Of a DNA stretch of 64,000 bases, positions 49,186 through 59,738 are shown one piece after another (position 1 is the stretch's first letter; each line of letters opens with the position of its first letter). This stretch comes from an uncultured Chloroflexia bacterium. Lineage in GTDB: Bacteria; Chloroflexota; Chloroflexia; QHBQ01; JADMIH01. Both the position numbers and the translations under genes were made by a program. The notes under the pieces were generated by a model that was given only the letters and a program-made list of their open reading frames with translations, ran no database searches and was not told the DNA's origin. Where the stretch lies: the NCBI GenBank assembly GCA_963797095.1, contig CAWCNY010000002.1:672001-736000 (forward strand). The letters run 5' to 3'.

Positions 49186-49704
49186 TCAAGCCCTGATTGA
49201 GGACCTAGTGGTGCCGATTTCCCTCTCGTCCTGCTTCCCCGGCTTGGAAGCAATGAACTCCTGGGAGCGTTGGACTGCTCGCGTGAGAAAATCTGCGAGG
49301 GTCGCTAATTGCTCATCGCTGTACCTCTCGAGCAATTCCCGAAAGGTCTCATTCAAGGGGTGAAACATCTGTTCAAGCTCCGCAAGCCGTTCCTGGTTTG
49401 GTTCCACAATGACCCGGCGACGGTCATGAGGGTCACGTACGCGCTGCGCCATGCCTTTGCTTTCGAGTCGATCAAGCAAGCCGGTCACCGAAGGGGTAGT
49501 CAAGCCGGTGTGAGACGCGATCTCACCAGCCGTCAGAGGGCCTCGCTGACTAAGCAGAGAGAGTGTCTTCTCTTCGGTCGCTCCTAGCCCGACGCGCTCA
49601 GCCATCCTGGTGTGGAAAAAGATGGCCAGCGTGCTACTGTCGCGACTGGCCTGAAGCACCGCTTCAATGAGACGCTCTCGGAGCGACTGGTGACTTGACA
49701 TCAT
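49186..49704 (-). CDS. MarR-family regulator
   Basis: GPLTAGEIASHTGLTTPSVTGLLDRLESKG..QRVRDPHDRRRV. Confidence 0.92.
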   Translation of the reverse strand: MMSSHQSLRERLIEAVLQASRDSSTLAIFFHTRMAERVGLGATEEKTLSLLSQRGPLTAGEIASHTGLTTPSVTGLLDRLESKGMAQRVRDPHDRRRVIVEPNQERLAELEQMFHPLNETFRELLERYSDEQLATLADFLTRAVQRSQEFIASKPGKQDEREIGTTRSSIRA

Positions 49705-49729
49705 TCTTCTCCTCGTATATACTTAGGGA

Positions 49730-49763
49730 AAACTAATATCTAGCTTTGACTAGATATTAGTTT
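49730..49763. promoter_or_regulatory. Putative MarR operator
   Basis: 14-bp perfect inverted repeat AAACTAATATCTAG-6 nt-CTAGATATTAGTTT in the divergent intergenic region. Confidence 0.7.
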
Positions 49764-49886
49764 CGTCTCATCTATTCTATTTTATCACAAGGCGGAATGA
49801 CTCGGCGGTTCTGCCCGCTTATCAAACTTTGTTGGGAGGGTTGGGAGGATGGAGCAGCAGAGGCTTCCCGAAAGGACTAGAAAGTG

Positions 49887-50308
49887 ATGAAGAATACACA
49901 GCAACCACAGCAGCCACAGCAACCAGAGACAGAACCGGATACATTCGCAGCTCTGCGAACCACCAACGTCGCACTGCTCACGACCTTTCGCCGCAACGGT
50001 CAGGGGTAGGGACCCCGGTTGGGATCAAGCTTGCAGAAGGGAAAGCATACTTCACCACCTGGTCCACCACCGGCAAGGTCAAACGGCTCGCCCGCAATCC
50101 ACGGGTGACCCTGGCTCCCTTTACGAAGATGAGGAGGAAAGTGATCGGCGCCACGGTCGAGGGGGTTACTCGCCGTCTTGAGGAGGTGGAGGTAGAACAG
50201 CTCTCCGCCCTCTTCAAACCTGGCCTCTGGGATCGCCTGTGGCAGTGGATCTATCACCTGCGCGGATGGCAGGCAATCCACTATGAAGTGTCGCCACCTG
50301 ACGCCTGA
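49887..50308 (+). pseudogene. PPOX-class F420-dependent oxidoreductase, frameshifted
   Basis: ATG 49887 gives ...ALLTTFRRNGQG then a stop. GTPV...TGKVKRLARNPRVTLAP continues in another frame. One G appears to be missing from GGGG at 50003-50006. Confidence 0.8.
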
Positions 50309-50362
50309 GCGAATGTCCAGACGTTCTCCTTATTTGATTTGTTGAAACACCTGGAGTGTTGT

Positions 50363-50839
50363 ATGTTCCTTGCTCTGCTCATTGTCGTTCAATGGCTTCA
50401 TATTTTCACTGGGATCGTCTGGTTTGGGGGCTACGTCTTACTTGACTTCGTCCTCTGGCCCACATTGTTGCGGCTGCCCATCCCACAGGCCAAGAGCACG
50501 AGCGCCTTGATTACCAGGTTTGCCGGGCCAGTGATGGCAGCAAGTGGCACGTTGGTCGTCCTGTTGGGCATCATCAGGGGAATCGTGCTCGGCCCTATTC
50601 AATCGCTCAGCTTTCTGTTCACCTCAGCCTATGGCATCACCTGGTTGATCGCACTGCTTGTCTCGTGCCTGTTGATTGCCTGGGGAGCCGGTTGGCATGA
50701 TCGAGCGATCGGTCTCGTGTGGGAGGAGGATCGTCTCAGATCAGGTGCGGTGGGTCGTTTGCGTCTGGGCACCATCTTCGAGATGACCTGCTTCGGCCTC
50801 GTGCTCGCCTGTAAGGTCGTGATGGGTGTCGCCATGTAG
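50363..50839 (+). CDS. 4-TM membrane protein (CopD/DUF2269-like)
   Basis: WLHIFTGIVWFGG, SAYG, four hydrophobic helices. Confidence 0.7.
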   Translation: MFLALLIVVQWLHIFTGIVWFGGYVLLDFVLWPTLLRLPIPQAKSTSALITRFAGPVMAASGTLVVLLGIIRGIVLGPIQSLSFLFTSAYGITWLIALLVSCLLIAWGAGWHDRAIGLVWEEDRLRSGAVGRLRLGTIFEMTCFGLVLACKVVMGVAM

Positions 50840-51072
50840 GTGAACGATGGGTGACGATAGGTGACGATAGGTGACGAGGGCTGTGGGAGGTGCGCCTGGC
50901 ATCGCTGTCCATGTCGTCGCTGTCCATGTCGTCGCTGCCGGGTGGCCGTGTGCCTCCTTCTCTTTTATCAGGCGCTCCTGGACGAGCGCCACTCTGCCCA
51001 CGCTGCTTAATGGTTGTTCCAGTTCCCGACCGACACGATCGTGGACGCCACTAGATCGAGGAGGATAATGAT

Positions 51073-51564
51073 GTGAGACGCATTGAGCCGTTCGATGTGA
51101 ACCCGTTTCTGATGTTCATCCAACGCTACATGGTGAATCCCGTTATGACTCCGCTGCTAAGATGGTTTGGGAGCTCAGAACTGATGCTCCTCACCTATAT
51201 CGGTCCCATATCCGGCCGGCAAGTCACGATCCCCATTGGCTACCGGCAGGAAGGTGATGTAATCACATCGTTCACTCCGTTCGGCTGGTGGAGAAGCTTG
51301 CGTGGTGGGAGGGAGGTCACCCTCGACATCCGCCGGCACGAGATCCGTGGCATCGCCGAGCCAGTCACGGATCTCGAGACGGTGACCGAGGAATTGATGA
51401 GGTATCTCGAGGGCAACCCGGGGGATGCGCGCTTCTTTAAGATCCGGATAGGCCTGGACCATCATCCCGATCCTGTCGACGTTGGGAAGGTCGCGCCGCA
51501 CGTGGTGATGATCCGGATCCATCTCCAGCGTCCTCCAGACGCTGTCCCTCCACTCCAGTCATAG
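51073..51564 (+). CDS. Deazaflavin (F420)-dependent nitroreductase-family protein
   Basis: VNPVMTPLLR...LLTYIGPISGRQVTIPIGY...WWRSLRGG. GAGGA RBS. Confidence 0.75.
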   Translation: MRRIEPFDVNPFLMFIQRYMVNPVMTPLLRWFGSSELMLLTYIGPISGRQVTIPIGYRQEGDVITSFTPFGWWRSLRGGREVTLDIRRHEIRGIAEPVTDLETVTEELMRYLEGNPGDARFFKIRIGLDHHPDPVDVGKVAPHVVMIRIHLQRPPDAVPPLQS

Positions 51565-51807
51565 GGAGCACGTGGCTTCGGTCAGGCGTCCTTCTCTTCC
51601 GCAAGGCGGGACTGCTGCGCCTGCTCGAGCCATGACCAGGCCGATGCGGGTGCAGCCGCTATCGAGGATATCTGCGACTGGCTGCTGCGCCACGCTCCTC
51701 GGCGCTTGATAGCGCGGGAGAGCCACGAGGATCTTTGACTCGATCCTCGTGGCTCTGAAGCTGAGCCGCGGCAAAAGGAGACTGCAAGGAATCTAAGGCG
51801 AGGAAAC

Positions 51808-51891
51808 ATGCAACCACCACGTTGGCGCCCACCGATCGAGCGTTCACTACAAGAGGAACAGATTGTGAAACGGATACGGCGAGCAAAATTG
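51808..51891 (+). mobile_element. 5' fragment of an IS1182-type transposase
   Basis: MQPPRWRPPIERSLQEEQIVKRIRRAKL aligns with MRPAVWEPPIELSTLEQQVVKRIRRAKL of the intact copy at 56024. Confidence 0.75.
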
Positions 51892-52011
51892 TTGCAACAC
51901 TACCAGTTATTACATACTACAGGGGAACACTGCCTGGAAGCCCTGGGCGAGGCTTTGAATGTGTGTCTGGTGTTGAGAAAAGGCAAACAGTTAGCATAAC
52001 CTCGGTCAAAG

Positions 52012-52038
52012 TGTCACAGAATCACCTCTCCATCTGTC
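52012..52038 (+). promoter_or_regulatory. Putative ECF41 (SigJ) promoter
   Basis: TGTCACA-16 nt-TGTC, matching the TGTCACA-N16-CGTC ECF41 motif, upstream of the oxidoreductase-sigJ pair. Confidence 0.75.
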
Positions 52039-52084
52039 TCTATTCATGAAGGGCAACTCAAACCACTTTCATGAGGTGATACAG

Positions 52085-53359
52085 ATGGAAACAAAACAGG
52101 CCAGGATCATTGTAATCGGCGCGGGTTATGCCGGGCTACTGGCAACAGTTAGGCTGGCAGGTAGATTGCGTAAGCATATTGGCAAGACTTCCGTGCAGAT
52201 AACGTTGGTAAGCGCTTCGGACACATACGTCGAGCGGCTTCGTCTCCACCAGTTGGCGACGAACAGGCCGGTCAAATCGCGCTCCATCACGCATTTATTG
52301 AGCGGAACCGGGGTGAGTTTCATACAAGGCCACGTTACTGGCCTCGATCCATCCGGGCGCTCGGTGCGCGTGCAAACTGAGGCAGGGCCGCTTCAACTCC
52401 AGTACGACCGCCTCGTTTACGCCCTCGGCAGCGTGACGGACCGCGATACCGTGCCTGGTGTGCGTGACTACGCGTACACCCTTTCAACCGAGGGGCACCT
52501 ATCAGTATCGTATTTGCGTGAGAAATTGCTCGCGCTCAATACTTCGGGCGGCACTCTTGTGGTGTGTGGAGCGGGGCCGACAGGCATCGAGTCGGCAGCG
52601 GAGTTTGCCGCGGCATACCCCAACGTTCGCGTCCACCTTGTCACGGCGGGTACTTTCGGACAGCTCTGGGGCAGCGACACCCCTGCTGCAGCACGCGCAG
52701 CCGCCGAATATATGCGTAAGTCGCTCGAGAAGCTGGGAGTGAGCATCCAGGAGCAAACTACAGTTACCGAAGTCAGAACGAGGGAGATTCAGACCGATAA
52801 GGGTGCAATCGCATGCGATCTTTGCCTGTGGACGGGAGGTTTCATCGCACCGGCGCTCGCCCGCCAGGGAGGTCTCGCGGTGAACGAGCAGGGCCAGATT
52901 CTCGTTGATATTTTCCTGCGTTCGATTTCACATCCTGACATCACGGCAGTGGGTGACGCTGCTTATCCGATCGAAGAGCCGGGTGTGCATGTACGGATGT
53001 GCGCCGCCACCGCAGTCGTTATGGGCGCTCATGGTGCCGACTGCATGGCTGCGCAACTGCAAGGCCGCACGCCAAAACCTCTTAGCTTTGCCTATCAGGG
53101 CCAGTGTATAGCCCTCGGCCCTCGCAATGCTATAGGCTTCAACAACTTCCCCAACGACACACCTAACCGCCCGTTTTGGACCGGCCGCTTAGGTTACTGG
53201 GTGCGAGAACTAGTGCTCGGCTACCTTGTCTTCCTGCCGCTCATGGAACGCCGCTGGCCTGGGTCCTACTTCTGGTTCGGCAAAAGTCGCTATGCGCGGT
53301 CGCTACGTGAAAAGCAAAAGTTGGAGCATACAAGGGCAGACGCCTATAATCAGGTATAA
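52085..53359 (+). CDS. FAD-dependent pyridine nucleotide oxidoreductase (NDH-2/AIF-like)
   Basis: IIVIGAGYAG, ERLRLHQ, YDRLVYALGS, VCGAGPTGIESAAE, AVGDAA. Alternative start at 52046. Confidence 0.9.
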   Translation: METKQARIIVIGAGYAGLLATVRLAGRLRKHIGKTSVQITLVSASDTYVERLRLHQLATNRPVKSRSITHLLSGTGVSFIQGHVTGLDPSGRSVRVQTEAGPLQLQYDRLVYALGSVTDRDTVPGVRDYAYTLSTEGHLSVSYLREKLLALNTSGGTLVVCGAGPTGIESAAEFAAAYPNVRVHLVTAGTFGQLWGSDTPAAARAAAEYMRKSLEKLGVSIQEQTTVTEVRTREIQTDKGAIACDLCLWTGGFIAPALARQGGLAVNEQGQILVDIFLRSISHPDITAVGDAAYPIEEPGVHVRMCAATAVVMGAHGADCMAAQLQGRTPKPLSFAYQGQCIALGPRNAIGFNNFPNDTPNRPFWTGRLGYWVRELVLGYLVFLPLMERRWPGSYFWFGKSRYARSLREKQKLEHTRADAYNQV

Positions 53360-53379
53360 ACAGACAAGAAGGGCTGCTG

Positions 53380-54267
53380 ATGGTTGATGCCGCAGAACAG
53401 TTCGAGCAATACCGCCCACTTATGTTCTCTATAGCCTATCGGATGTTGGGGAGCGCCTCTGAGGCCGAGGATGTCGTTCAAGAAGCCTACCTTCGCTATC
53501 GCAAGGTGCCCCCTAAGACCATCGGCTCGCCCAAGGCTTTCCTCAGCACGGTCGTCACCCGGCTCAGCATCAATTACCTGGAGCTGGCTCGCACCAAGCG
53601 CGAGGTATACGTGGGTCCCTGGCTCCCTGAGCCCCTGCCAACGGAGAGCGACATGCAGGCCAATCGCGAGAGTCCTGAAGATCGCCCGATCCTGCACGAA
53701 TCGATTTCGATGGCTTTTCTAGTTTTGCTGGAGCAGCTGACCCCTGTGGAGCGGGCCGTTTTCTTGCTGCGAGAAGTCTTCGAATACGAATACTCCGAAA
53801 TAGCCGAGATCGTCGGTAAGGAAGAAGCCACCTGCCGGCAGCTATTGAGCCGCGCCAGAAAGCATATATCGGACCATCGCCCCCGCTTCAAGCCCAGCCG
53901 CCAGGCCCACAAGAGACTGTTGGAAAGCTTCTTACGAGCCACGACCATCGGAGATATGGATGGTCTGACCGCCATGCTGCGGGACGATGTACAGGTGTGG
54001 TCGGACGGCGGGGGGAAAGTGCGCGGGGCAGCCACTCGTCCGCTGTATGGCCGCAACGCCGTTGCTAGCTTCGCGATGTCGGTCATCCGCTACCTGCAGG
54101 AGAGCGAGAGCTATCTTTTTGAGATAATGGACGTCAATGGTGAACCGGCTGCTATCTTGCGCATAGACGGGAAGATCCTGGTGGCCCTGTTCATTGAAGA
54201 AGAAGATGGTTACATCAAGATCATCCGCGCCATCGCCAACCCCGACAAGCTACAGCATCTCCACTAA
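53380..54267 (+). CDS. sigJ: ECF41-family RNA polymerase sigma factor with SnoaL-like tail
   Basis: FSIAYRMLGSASEAEDVVQEAY, YVGPWLPEP, SDGGGK, ANPDKL. Confidence 0.93.
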   Translation: MVDAAEQFEQYRPLMFSIAYRMLGSASEAEDVVQEAYLRYRKVPPKTIGSPKAFLSTVVTRLSINYLELARTKREVYVGPWLPEPLPTESDMQANRESPEDRPILHESISMAFLVLLEQLTPVERAVFLLREVFEYEYSEIAEIVGKEEATCRQLLSRARKHISDHRPRFKPSRQAHKRLLESFLRATTIGDMDGLTAMLRDDVQVWSDGGGKVRGAATRPLYGRNAVASFAMSVIRYLQESESYLFEIMDVNGEPAAILRIDGKILVALFIEEEDGYIKIIRAIANPDKLQHLH

Positions 54268-54442
54268 GAAGCTCAGGATCCTTATTCCGGCTTCCTATTC
54301 CGTTGGTACTCACACCCGGTAGCAAGTAGCACGGCAGCTTGCGAGGGGGAACGTTGCAGTCTGATTTGGGCGGGCAATACCTGATGCTAGCAGCCTAGCA
54401 GCACGGGGCAGATCATACTCCAGGTCAATTGAGCGCGTCTAG

Positions 54443-56125
54443 AGCATCGGTCAAGTAATCAGGCAGCCGCAGCCAAGAACTGCGGGGAACGAGCCAATAC
54501 ATGCAGATTGTTCACCACAGCACAGCGCCGCAGATCAAACAGGTTCTTGCGTACGCCAATGTAGCGGGCGTCCTCGCCCTGCCAGTGCCCGACGTGCGCC
54601 AAGCTGTGCTCTACCCCCACCCGTTCCCGCAGCTTGGCTCGTCCGCTGGCTGTCTGCTGCCGCTCCCGCAACTCCGCCAGCAACGCCTCATCCGGGTGGA
54701 TACTCACGCTGCGCCCTGCTTTACTACTCGTGCAGCGCTCCCGCAATCCACAGGCGTCGCACTGCTCGACCGGAAAATGCACCAGAGCTCCCAGCTCGAA
54801 GTTCAACTCGATGCCGTTGGGGCAACGGATCGTCTGCTTCTCCCAATCGAGGGTGAACGCCGTCTTGTCGAAGTAAACCCCGTTGCGCACCGGCCAAGTC
54901 TTACAATAGACTTGCTGGCCACCCTGGCGCTGGCGCACCCAACTGCTACTCAGGTAGGCACGATCGATGTGCAACTCGCGCCAACTGATGCCCAGGTGCA
55001 ACAGGTCCGCGGCCATGCTCTCAGTCACGCTAGCCTCCGGCGCATTGGCTGGCGTGATGCCGACTGCCACCAGCAACTCACTATCCAAGTCACGCAGCAC
55101 ATGGCGCTTGTAACCATCGATCAAGCGGCTCTTGCTCTTGCGACCATGACGCATCTGGGCGTCCTCGATGCTGATGCGTCGCTCTGGCGCGACCCCTTGC
55201 CGCAAGATCGCCCCACCCGCAGCATCCGTGGTCACGTCTTGCTCTTGTACTTGCGCGGCAGCAGCCAGGCTAGCCTTGACCTGGGGCTGCTCAACCGCAT
55301 CTTGTTCGCGCAGATAAGCTTCACCGGCAGCAAGTGCCGCCAGCACCAACTGCAAGGCTTGTTGTTGCTGCGCCGGGTCGTCCCAATCCAGATCGAGTGC
55401 CGCCTTGAGGCTGGAGCCCGAGACCAACTCCGCCCCAGCCGCACTTGCCACCTCCGCCAGCTCCCGCCCCTGCTGCGCGGCCAACACGCCCAAAGCCTTA
55501 CGCAGGGCGTGACCCAACAGATTGAAGGTATCTTCCACCCGTGCGGCACCCCACAGGGGACTGCTGTCAAGGGCCACCCGCAACTGGCGCGAACCGAAGT
55601 CGCCACTTTGTTCAGCCAACTCAACGGTACGCTCAATCAAGCGACGGTCGAGGTTGTGTTTGATGAGAGCGGCACGAAAGGCGACCAGGGTACCCTTGCT
55701 GAAGGGGGCGGTGTCGCTGTCGAGACAATCGAGAACCAGTTGCCAGCGGCGGTCCATCAGGCTAGCCTCGATGACCTCGTCGTCGGAAACCCCGCTGTAG
55801 GCTTGCAGCAGCGTAGCCAAGGCGAGTTGAGCGGGCGGAATAGGAGGTTGACCACGAGAGCTATCCTCATAGAGGGTAGCCAGCTCAGCTTGGAAATCGA
55901 TGGAAAAGAGGCGGTGGCGGTGCAGGCGCAAGAAGACAAAGAGCTTGGCGCGACGAATACGCTTGACGACCTGTTGTTCAAGGGTAGAGAGTTCAATAGG
56001 AGGCTCCCAGACAGCGGGGCGCATGGCATTATTCCTTTCTGTTGGCCTATAGTTGGTTTGCCAACTCTAGCAAACCATGCCCTGTCCGCCTTGTCAAGCC
56101 TTCGCCCGATTACTTGACCGATGTT
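54443..56125 (-). mobile_element. Complete IS1182-family insertion sequence
   Basis: 18-bp terminal IRs AGCATCGGTCAAGTAATC / GATTACTTGACCGATGTT (1 mismatch), flanked by CTAG on both sides (54439-54442 and 56126-56129). Confidence 0.88.
54459..56024 (-). CDS. IS1182-family DDE transposase
   Basis: GQPPIPP..LA, VALDSSP, DGYKRHV, HIDRAY, C..C.LRERCT, RERVGVEH. Confidence 0.9.
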   Translation of the reverse strand: MRPAVWEPPIELSTLEQQVVKRIRRAKLFVFLRLHRHRLFSIDFQAELATLYEDSSRGQPPIPPAQLALATLLQAYSGVSDDEVIEASLMDRRWQLVLDCLDSDTAPFSKGTLVAFRAALIKHNLDRRLIERTVELAEQSGDFGSRQLRVALDSSPLWGAARVEDTFNLLGHALRKALGVLAAQQGRELAEVASAAGAELVSGSSLKAALDLDWDDPAQQQQALQLVLAALAAGEAYLREQDAVEQPQVKASLAAAAQVQEQDVTTDAAGGAILRQGVAPERRISIEDAQMRHGRKSKSRLIDGYKRHVLRDLDSELLVAVGITPANAPEASVTESMAADLLHLGISWRELHIDRAYLSSSWVRQRQGGQQVYCKTWPVRNGVYFDKTAFTLDWEKQTIRCPNGIELNFELGALVHFPVEQCDACGLRERCTSSKAGRSVSIHPDEALLAELRERQQTASGRAKLRERVGVEHSLAHVGHWQGEDARYIGVRKNLFDLRRCAVVNNLHVLARSPQFLAAAA

Positions 56126-56500
56126 CTAGGGGATCTTCGTGCTCCAAAAGGGTTTATGCGTGCTAAAAGGAGGGGATGAAAGAGAAGGACAAACGAGCGT
56201 TCCTCTGCTAAGATAGGTTTCGACCAAGAAGCCCACAAATGCAATATACAAGACCCCTGCTTAGTGTTACCAAGTTTGGCGCGTTCAGTACGTATGTTTG
56301 GCGGCACATTGTTGCTCGATCAACTCGTCGCCTCCCAAATATCGTGGAAAGCTGCCTTTTTCAGTCCTCAGGCTGATCGGATACCGCCCTGGGGTTGATG
56401 ACGGATCTCCTGACATCGGGCATGCTCTGAGTGACGAGACCGAACGGTTCGCTCAAGTTGGGCAAATCCAGGCCATGCCCCACCCCGAAGGAGATCATAT

Positions 56501-57292
56501 ATGGTACAAACGACCGCAACGAGACACTCCGCGACATTCCCACAGGGCAGCCCGTTGATCAGCGTGGAACACCTGACGCGCACCATCGCCACCCGCACGC
56601 AACGGACGGTTATCCTCGATGACGTGACCTTCACTATTCCAGCGCAAGGTTTGTTCGCCATCAACGGGCCGTCGGGCAGCGGCAAATCGACGCTGCTCAA
56701 TATGCTGACCGGCATCGACCGTCCAAGCAGCGGGCGCATCATCTTCGGCGCTGAGGAACTGAGCGCCAACAGTGAGAACGCCCTGGCGCGCTGGCGCGGA
56801 GAACATGTCGGGATCATCTTCCAGTTCTTCCAATTAGTCCCCACGCTCACCGCTATGGAGAATGTCTTGCTTGCGTTGGAACTGGGCAAAGGTGGCGGGC
56901 TCCCCCGCCATGCCTGGCGTGAGCGTGCGCAGGACTGCCTTGAGATCGTGGGCATGGGCGCGTTCGGCAACCGGCTGCCCAGCGAGCTTTCCGGCGGGCA
57001 GCAGCAGCGGGTCGCGATTGCACGGGCGCTGTCGAATGATCCGCCGGTCATGGTGGCCGATGAGCCGACCGGCAATCTCGACTCCCACACGGCGCACGCC
57101 GTCTTTGACACGCTCGCCGGCCTGACCCAACGCGGCAAAACCGTCGTGTATGTAACCCATGACCGCGAATTAGCCGCCCGCGCTGAGGCGCGTATTGATC
57201 TGCTTGATGGGCGCATAGTTGGACAGCATAGCGCGAACGCGCTGATGGCATCTTCGCCGGGGGTGCGCCGCCCCGGAGGGGACCCCGTATGA
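56501..57292 (+). CDS. LolD/MacB-type ABC ATPase
   Basis: GPSGSGKST, IFQFFQL, LSGGQQQRVAIARAL, ADEPTGNLDS, VTHD. Confidence 0.94.
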   Translation: MVQTTATRHSATFPQGSPLISVEHLTRTIATRTQRTVILDDVTFTIPAQGLFAINGPSGSGKSTLLNMLTGIDRPSSGRIIFGAEELSANSENALARWRGEHVGIIFQFFQLVPTLTAMENVLLALELGKGGGLPRHAWRERAQDCLEIVGMGAFGNRLPSELSGGQQQRVAIARALSNDPPVMVADEPTGNLDSHTAHAVFDTLAGLTQRGKTVVYVTHDRELAARAEARIDLLDGRIVGQHSANALMASSPGVRRPGGDPV

Positions 57293-59733
57293 GCGCCAGC
57301 CTGAAAAAGTCGTTCGCCGATGTGGCGCGGCGCAAGGGGCGCACGCTGATGGTCGTGCTGGGCATCTTCACCGGCGTGCTGGGCCTGACGGGCGTCACGT
57401 TCATTCAGCAGACCATCTTATCCGCCTTTACCTACAGCACGGGCACCACCGCAAACTCCCCGGATCTTACGCTCCAGGTTAATCGGCTTGATCCCGAGCT
57501 GATACCGCAGCTTTCCGCCCTTGCAAACGTGCAAGCGGTGCAAATGCGATCGGTCTTCGCGACACAATGGCACGTCAGCGCCACGCCTGGACACGTGCCC
57601 ATCACTCTTGTCAGCTATCCTGACTTGCAACACGTGCCCATCACGCCGTTTCAGCTGACGAGCGGGCGCGAACCGCTGGTGGGGGGCGAGATCGTACTGG
57701 AGCATGGGGACCAGGACTTACAGCCGGTCTCCATTGGCGATACGATCACCCTGGACATCAATCAGAAGACCACCACTTTGCGCGTCGTAGGCTTTGCGCG
57801 CACCCAGGGGTTGCCAAGTCCGGCGGGCAGCGGTACTGCGCGCGGGTATATGAGTGAAGCCGCCATGAATCAGGCGTTTGGGTCCTTTGCAGCTGCGCCG
57901 GGCAGCCCGGGGCCGCAGTTACTGCAAGAAGTCGAGGTCAAGGTCCAGAACATCAGCCAGATGATAACAACGCAGGACGCGCTGGCTCAAGCGCTTCGGG
58001 CGAAAGGCCTGACCGTCCTGAACATGACCATCAACCAACCAATTAACCAGGAAGAAATCAACACCGCCAACGGCGTTTTTACGCTACTGCTGATGTTATC
58101 CGTCCTGGCGGTGATTTTGAGCGCACTTCTCATTCTCAACACCGTCATCACGCTCATTGCCGAGCAAACGCCGATCATCGGCACGCTAAAAGCCATAGGC
58201 GGGACTCGCGGCACCATTGTGCGTGGCTACCTGCTCTCAGTGGTGATCTACAGCACGGTTGCAACCTTACCCGCCATCGCTTTGGGACTGCTTCTGGGGT
58301 ATCCGCTGGCGTCCGCTCTTGCCAGCGCAAGTTCGCTCGCTGTGGGGCCATTTACCGTCTTCCCATGGATCATCATCCTTGGCCTGGCGGTAGGCTTTGG
58401 CGTGCCACTGCTTTCAGCCCTCTTGCCGCTCTGGATCGGCACGCGCATCACAGTGCGCGAGGCGCTTTCTGCCTATGGTATCAGCGCCGGTGCCGGGCAC
58501 GCTGGGAATCGCCTCGCCAGGCTGGCACAGCGCCTGACCGGGGTCTCGCAGACGACCTGGCTGGGGCTGCGCGGTGTCTTCCGCAAACGCTGGCGGGCGG
58601 CGCTGACCCTGCTGACGCTGACCCTGGCAGGGGCCACCTTCCTGGTGGTGCAGACGGCCACCGCCGCCACCAATCAGACCACAGCCAACGCGTTCGCTCC
58701 CTATCATTACGATGTCCTTGCTGAGATATATGCGCAAGACGCGCCGCTGGTGGCGCAGATCAGCGCGCTCCCCAACGTGGGAAGGGTGGAACGCTACCGA
58801 GAGGACGAGGGAGCAGAGAGCCAATGGGGGCAACTGCGCCTGCTGGGCTTTCAGCCGGATACGAAGCTCTACACCCCACAGATCATCAGCGGGCGCTGGC
58901 TTTCCCCCAGCGACACAGATGCTGTCGTGCTGAACGAGGAGGCCACCGCGGCTACGGGCTTGCACGTCGGTGATACCCTGACCCTTTCGAGGAATCAGTG
59001 TTTTAACAGCAACTGTCAGACTACACAGGGTAATCAGGCCCCCTGGACCATTATCGGCATCATACATCAGCCAATGTATGATCTTGGGACAATTGGCACA
59101 GTGATAACCTCAGTGGAGAACGCCAATCAATTTTTCGGCGACCCCGCCGATTTGACGCCTGAGCTGCTGGTAGAGGCGCAGGACCGCTCGCCAGGTGCCG
59201 TAGATGCCCTCACCAGGCAGGTCGATCAACTGGTCAATGGAGGTAATGCAAATGGAGGACAGTTGATGATTAGTGGAGGACAGGTTGAGACCATACAGCA
59301 AGTGGTCCAATATCGCCAGCAAAGTTGGGTGATCTTCTATGTCCTGCTCTACAGCGTGGCGCTGATAGTGGGGGCGGTAGGCATCCTGGGGCTGGCAGAC
59401 GCGCTGGCTGCCTCGGTGCTGGAACGACGGCGAGAGATCGGCCTGCTGCGCGCGATGGGGGCAAGCGACTGGCGAGTGGCGCGCGTCTTCTGGGTCGAAG
59501 GTCTGGCGCTGGGCGGCATCGCCTGGCTTTTGGCGCTGCTGTTGGGGCTTCCGCTGGCCTATGGGTTCATCCAGGTGATGAGCAAGCTGGTGTTTCGGGT
59601 GGACTTCATCATCGCCCCTTCGGCCTTTGTGGTGATGCTGGTCGCCGTGCTCATCATCTCGACACTGGCGAGCATCATTCCGGCGCTGCAAGCTTCGCAC
59701 GTGCGCATCGCCGATATGCTGCGCTATGAATAG
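57289..59733 (+). CDS. FtsX/MacB-like ABC permease (duplicated)
   Basis: Two FtsX halves: IGTLKAIGG and ERRREIGLLRAMGA. Confidence 0.92.
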   Translation: MSASLKKSFADVARRKGRTLMVVLGIFTGVLGLTGVTFIQQTILSAFTYSTGTTANSPDLTLQVNRLDPELIPQLSALANVQAVQMRSVFATQWHVSATPGHVPITLVSYPDLQHVPITPFQLTSGREPLVGGEIVLEHGDQDLQPVSIGDTITLDINQKTTTLRVVGFARTQGLPSPAGSGTARGYMSEAAMNQAFGSFAAAPGSPGPQLLQEVEVKVQNISQMITTQDALAQALRAKGLTVLNMTINQPINQEEINTANGVFTLLLMLSVLAVILSALLILNTVITLIAEQTPIIGTLKAIGGTRGTIVRGYLLSVVIYSTVATLPAIALGLLLGYPLASALASASSLAVGPFTVFPWIIILGLAVGFGVPLLSALLPLWIGTRITVREALSAYGISAGAGHAGNRLARLAQRLTGVSQTTWLGLRGVFRKRWRAALTLLTLTLAGATFLVVQTATAATNQTTANAFAPYHYDVLAEIYAQDAPLVAQISALPNVGRVERYREDEGAESQWGQLRLLGFQPDTKLYTPQIISGRWLSPSDTDAVVLNEEATAATGLHVGDTLTLSRNQCFNSNCQTTQGNQAPWTIIGIIHQPMYDLGTIGTVITSVENANQFFGDPADLTPELLVEAQDRSPGAVDALTRQVDQLVNGGNANGGQLMISGGQVETIQQVVQYRQQSWVIFYVLLYSVALIVGAVGILGLADALAASVLERRREIGLLRAMGASDWRVARVFWVEGLALGGIAWLLALLLGLPLAYGFIQVMSKLVFRVDFIIAPSAFVVMLVAVLIISTLASIIPALQASHVRIADMLRYE

Positions 59734-59738
59734 AAGAC

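Noticed and set aside
50849-50937. 10-bp and 15-bp short tandem repeats
   Set aside because: Only 2-3 copies in degraded intergenic DNA. No function can be supported.
54501-56117. 538-aa + strand ORF
   Set aside because: Antisense shadow of the IS1182 transposase.
56361-56376. Imperfect palindrome TCAGTCCTCAGGCTGA as a response-regulator site
   Set aside because: Plausible for the downstream NarL-type regulator, but too short and imperfect to support alone.
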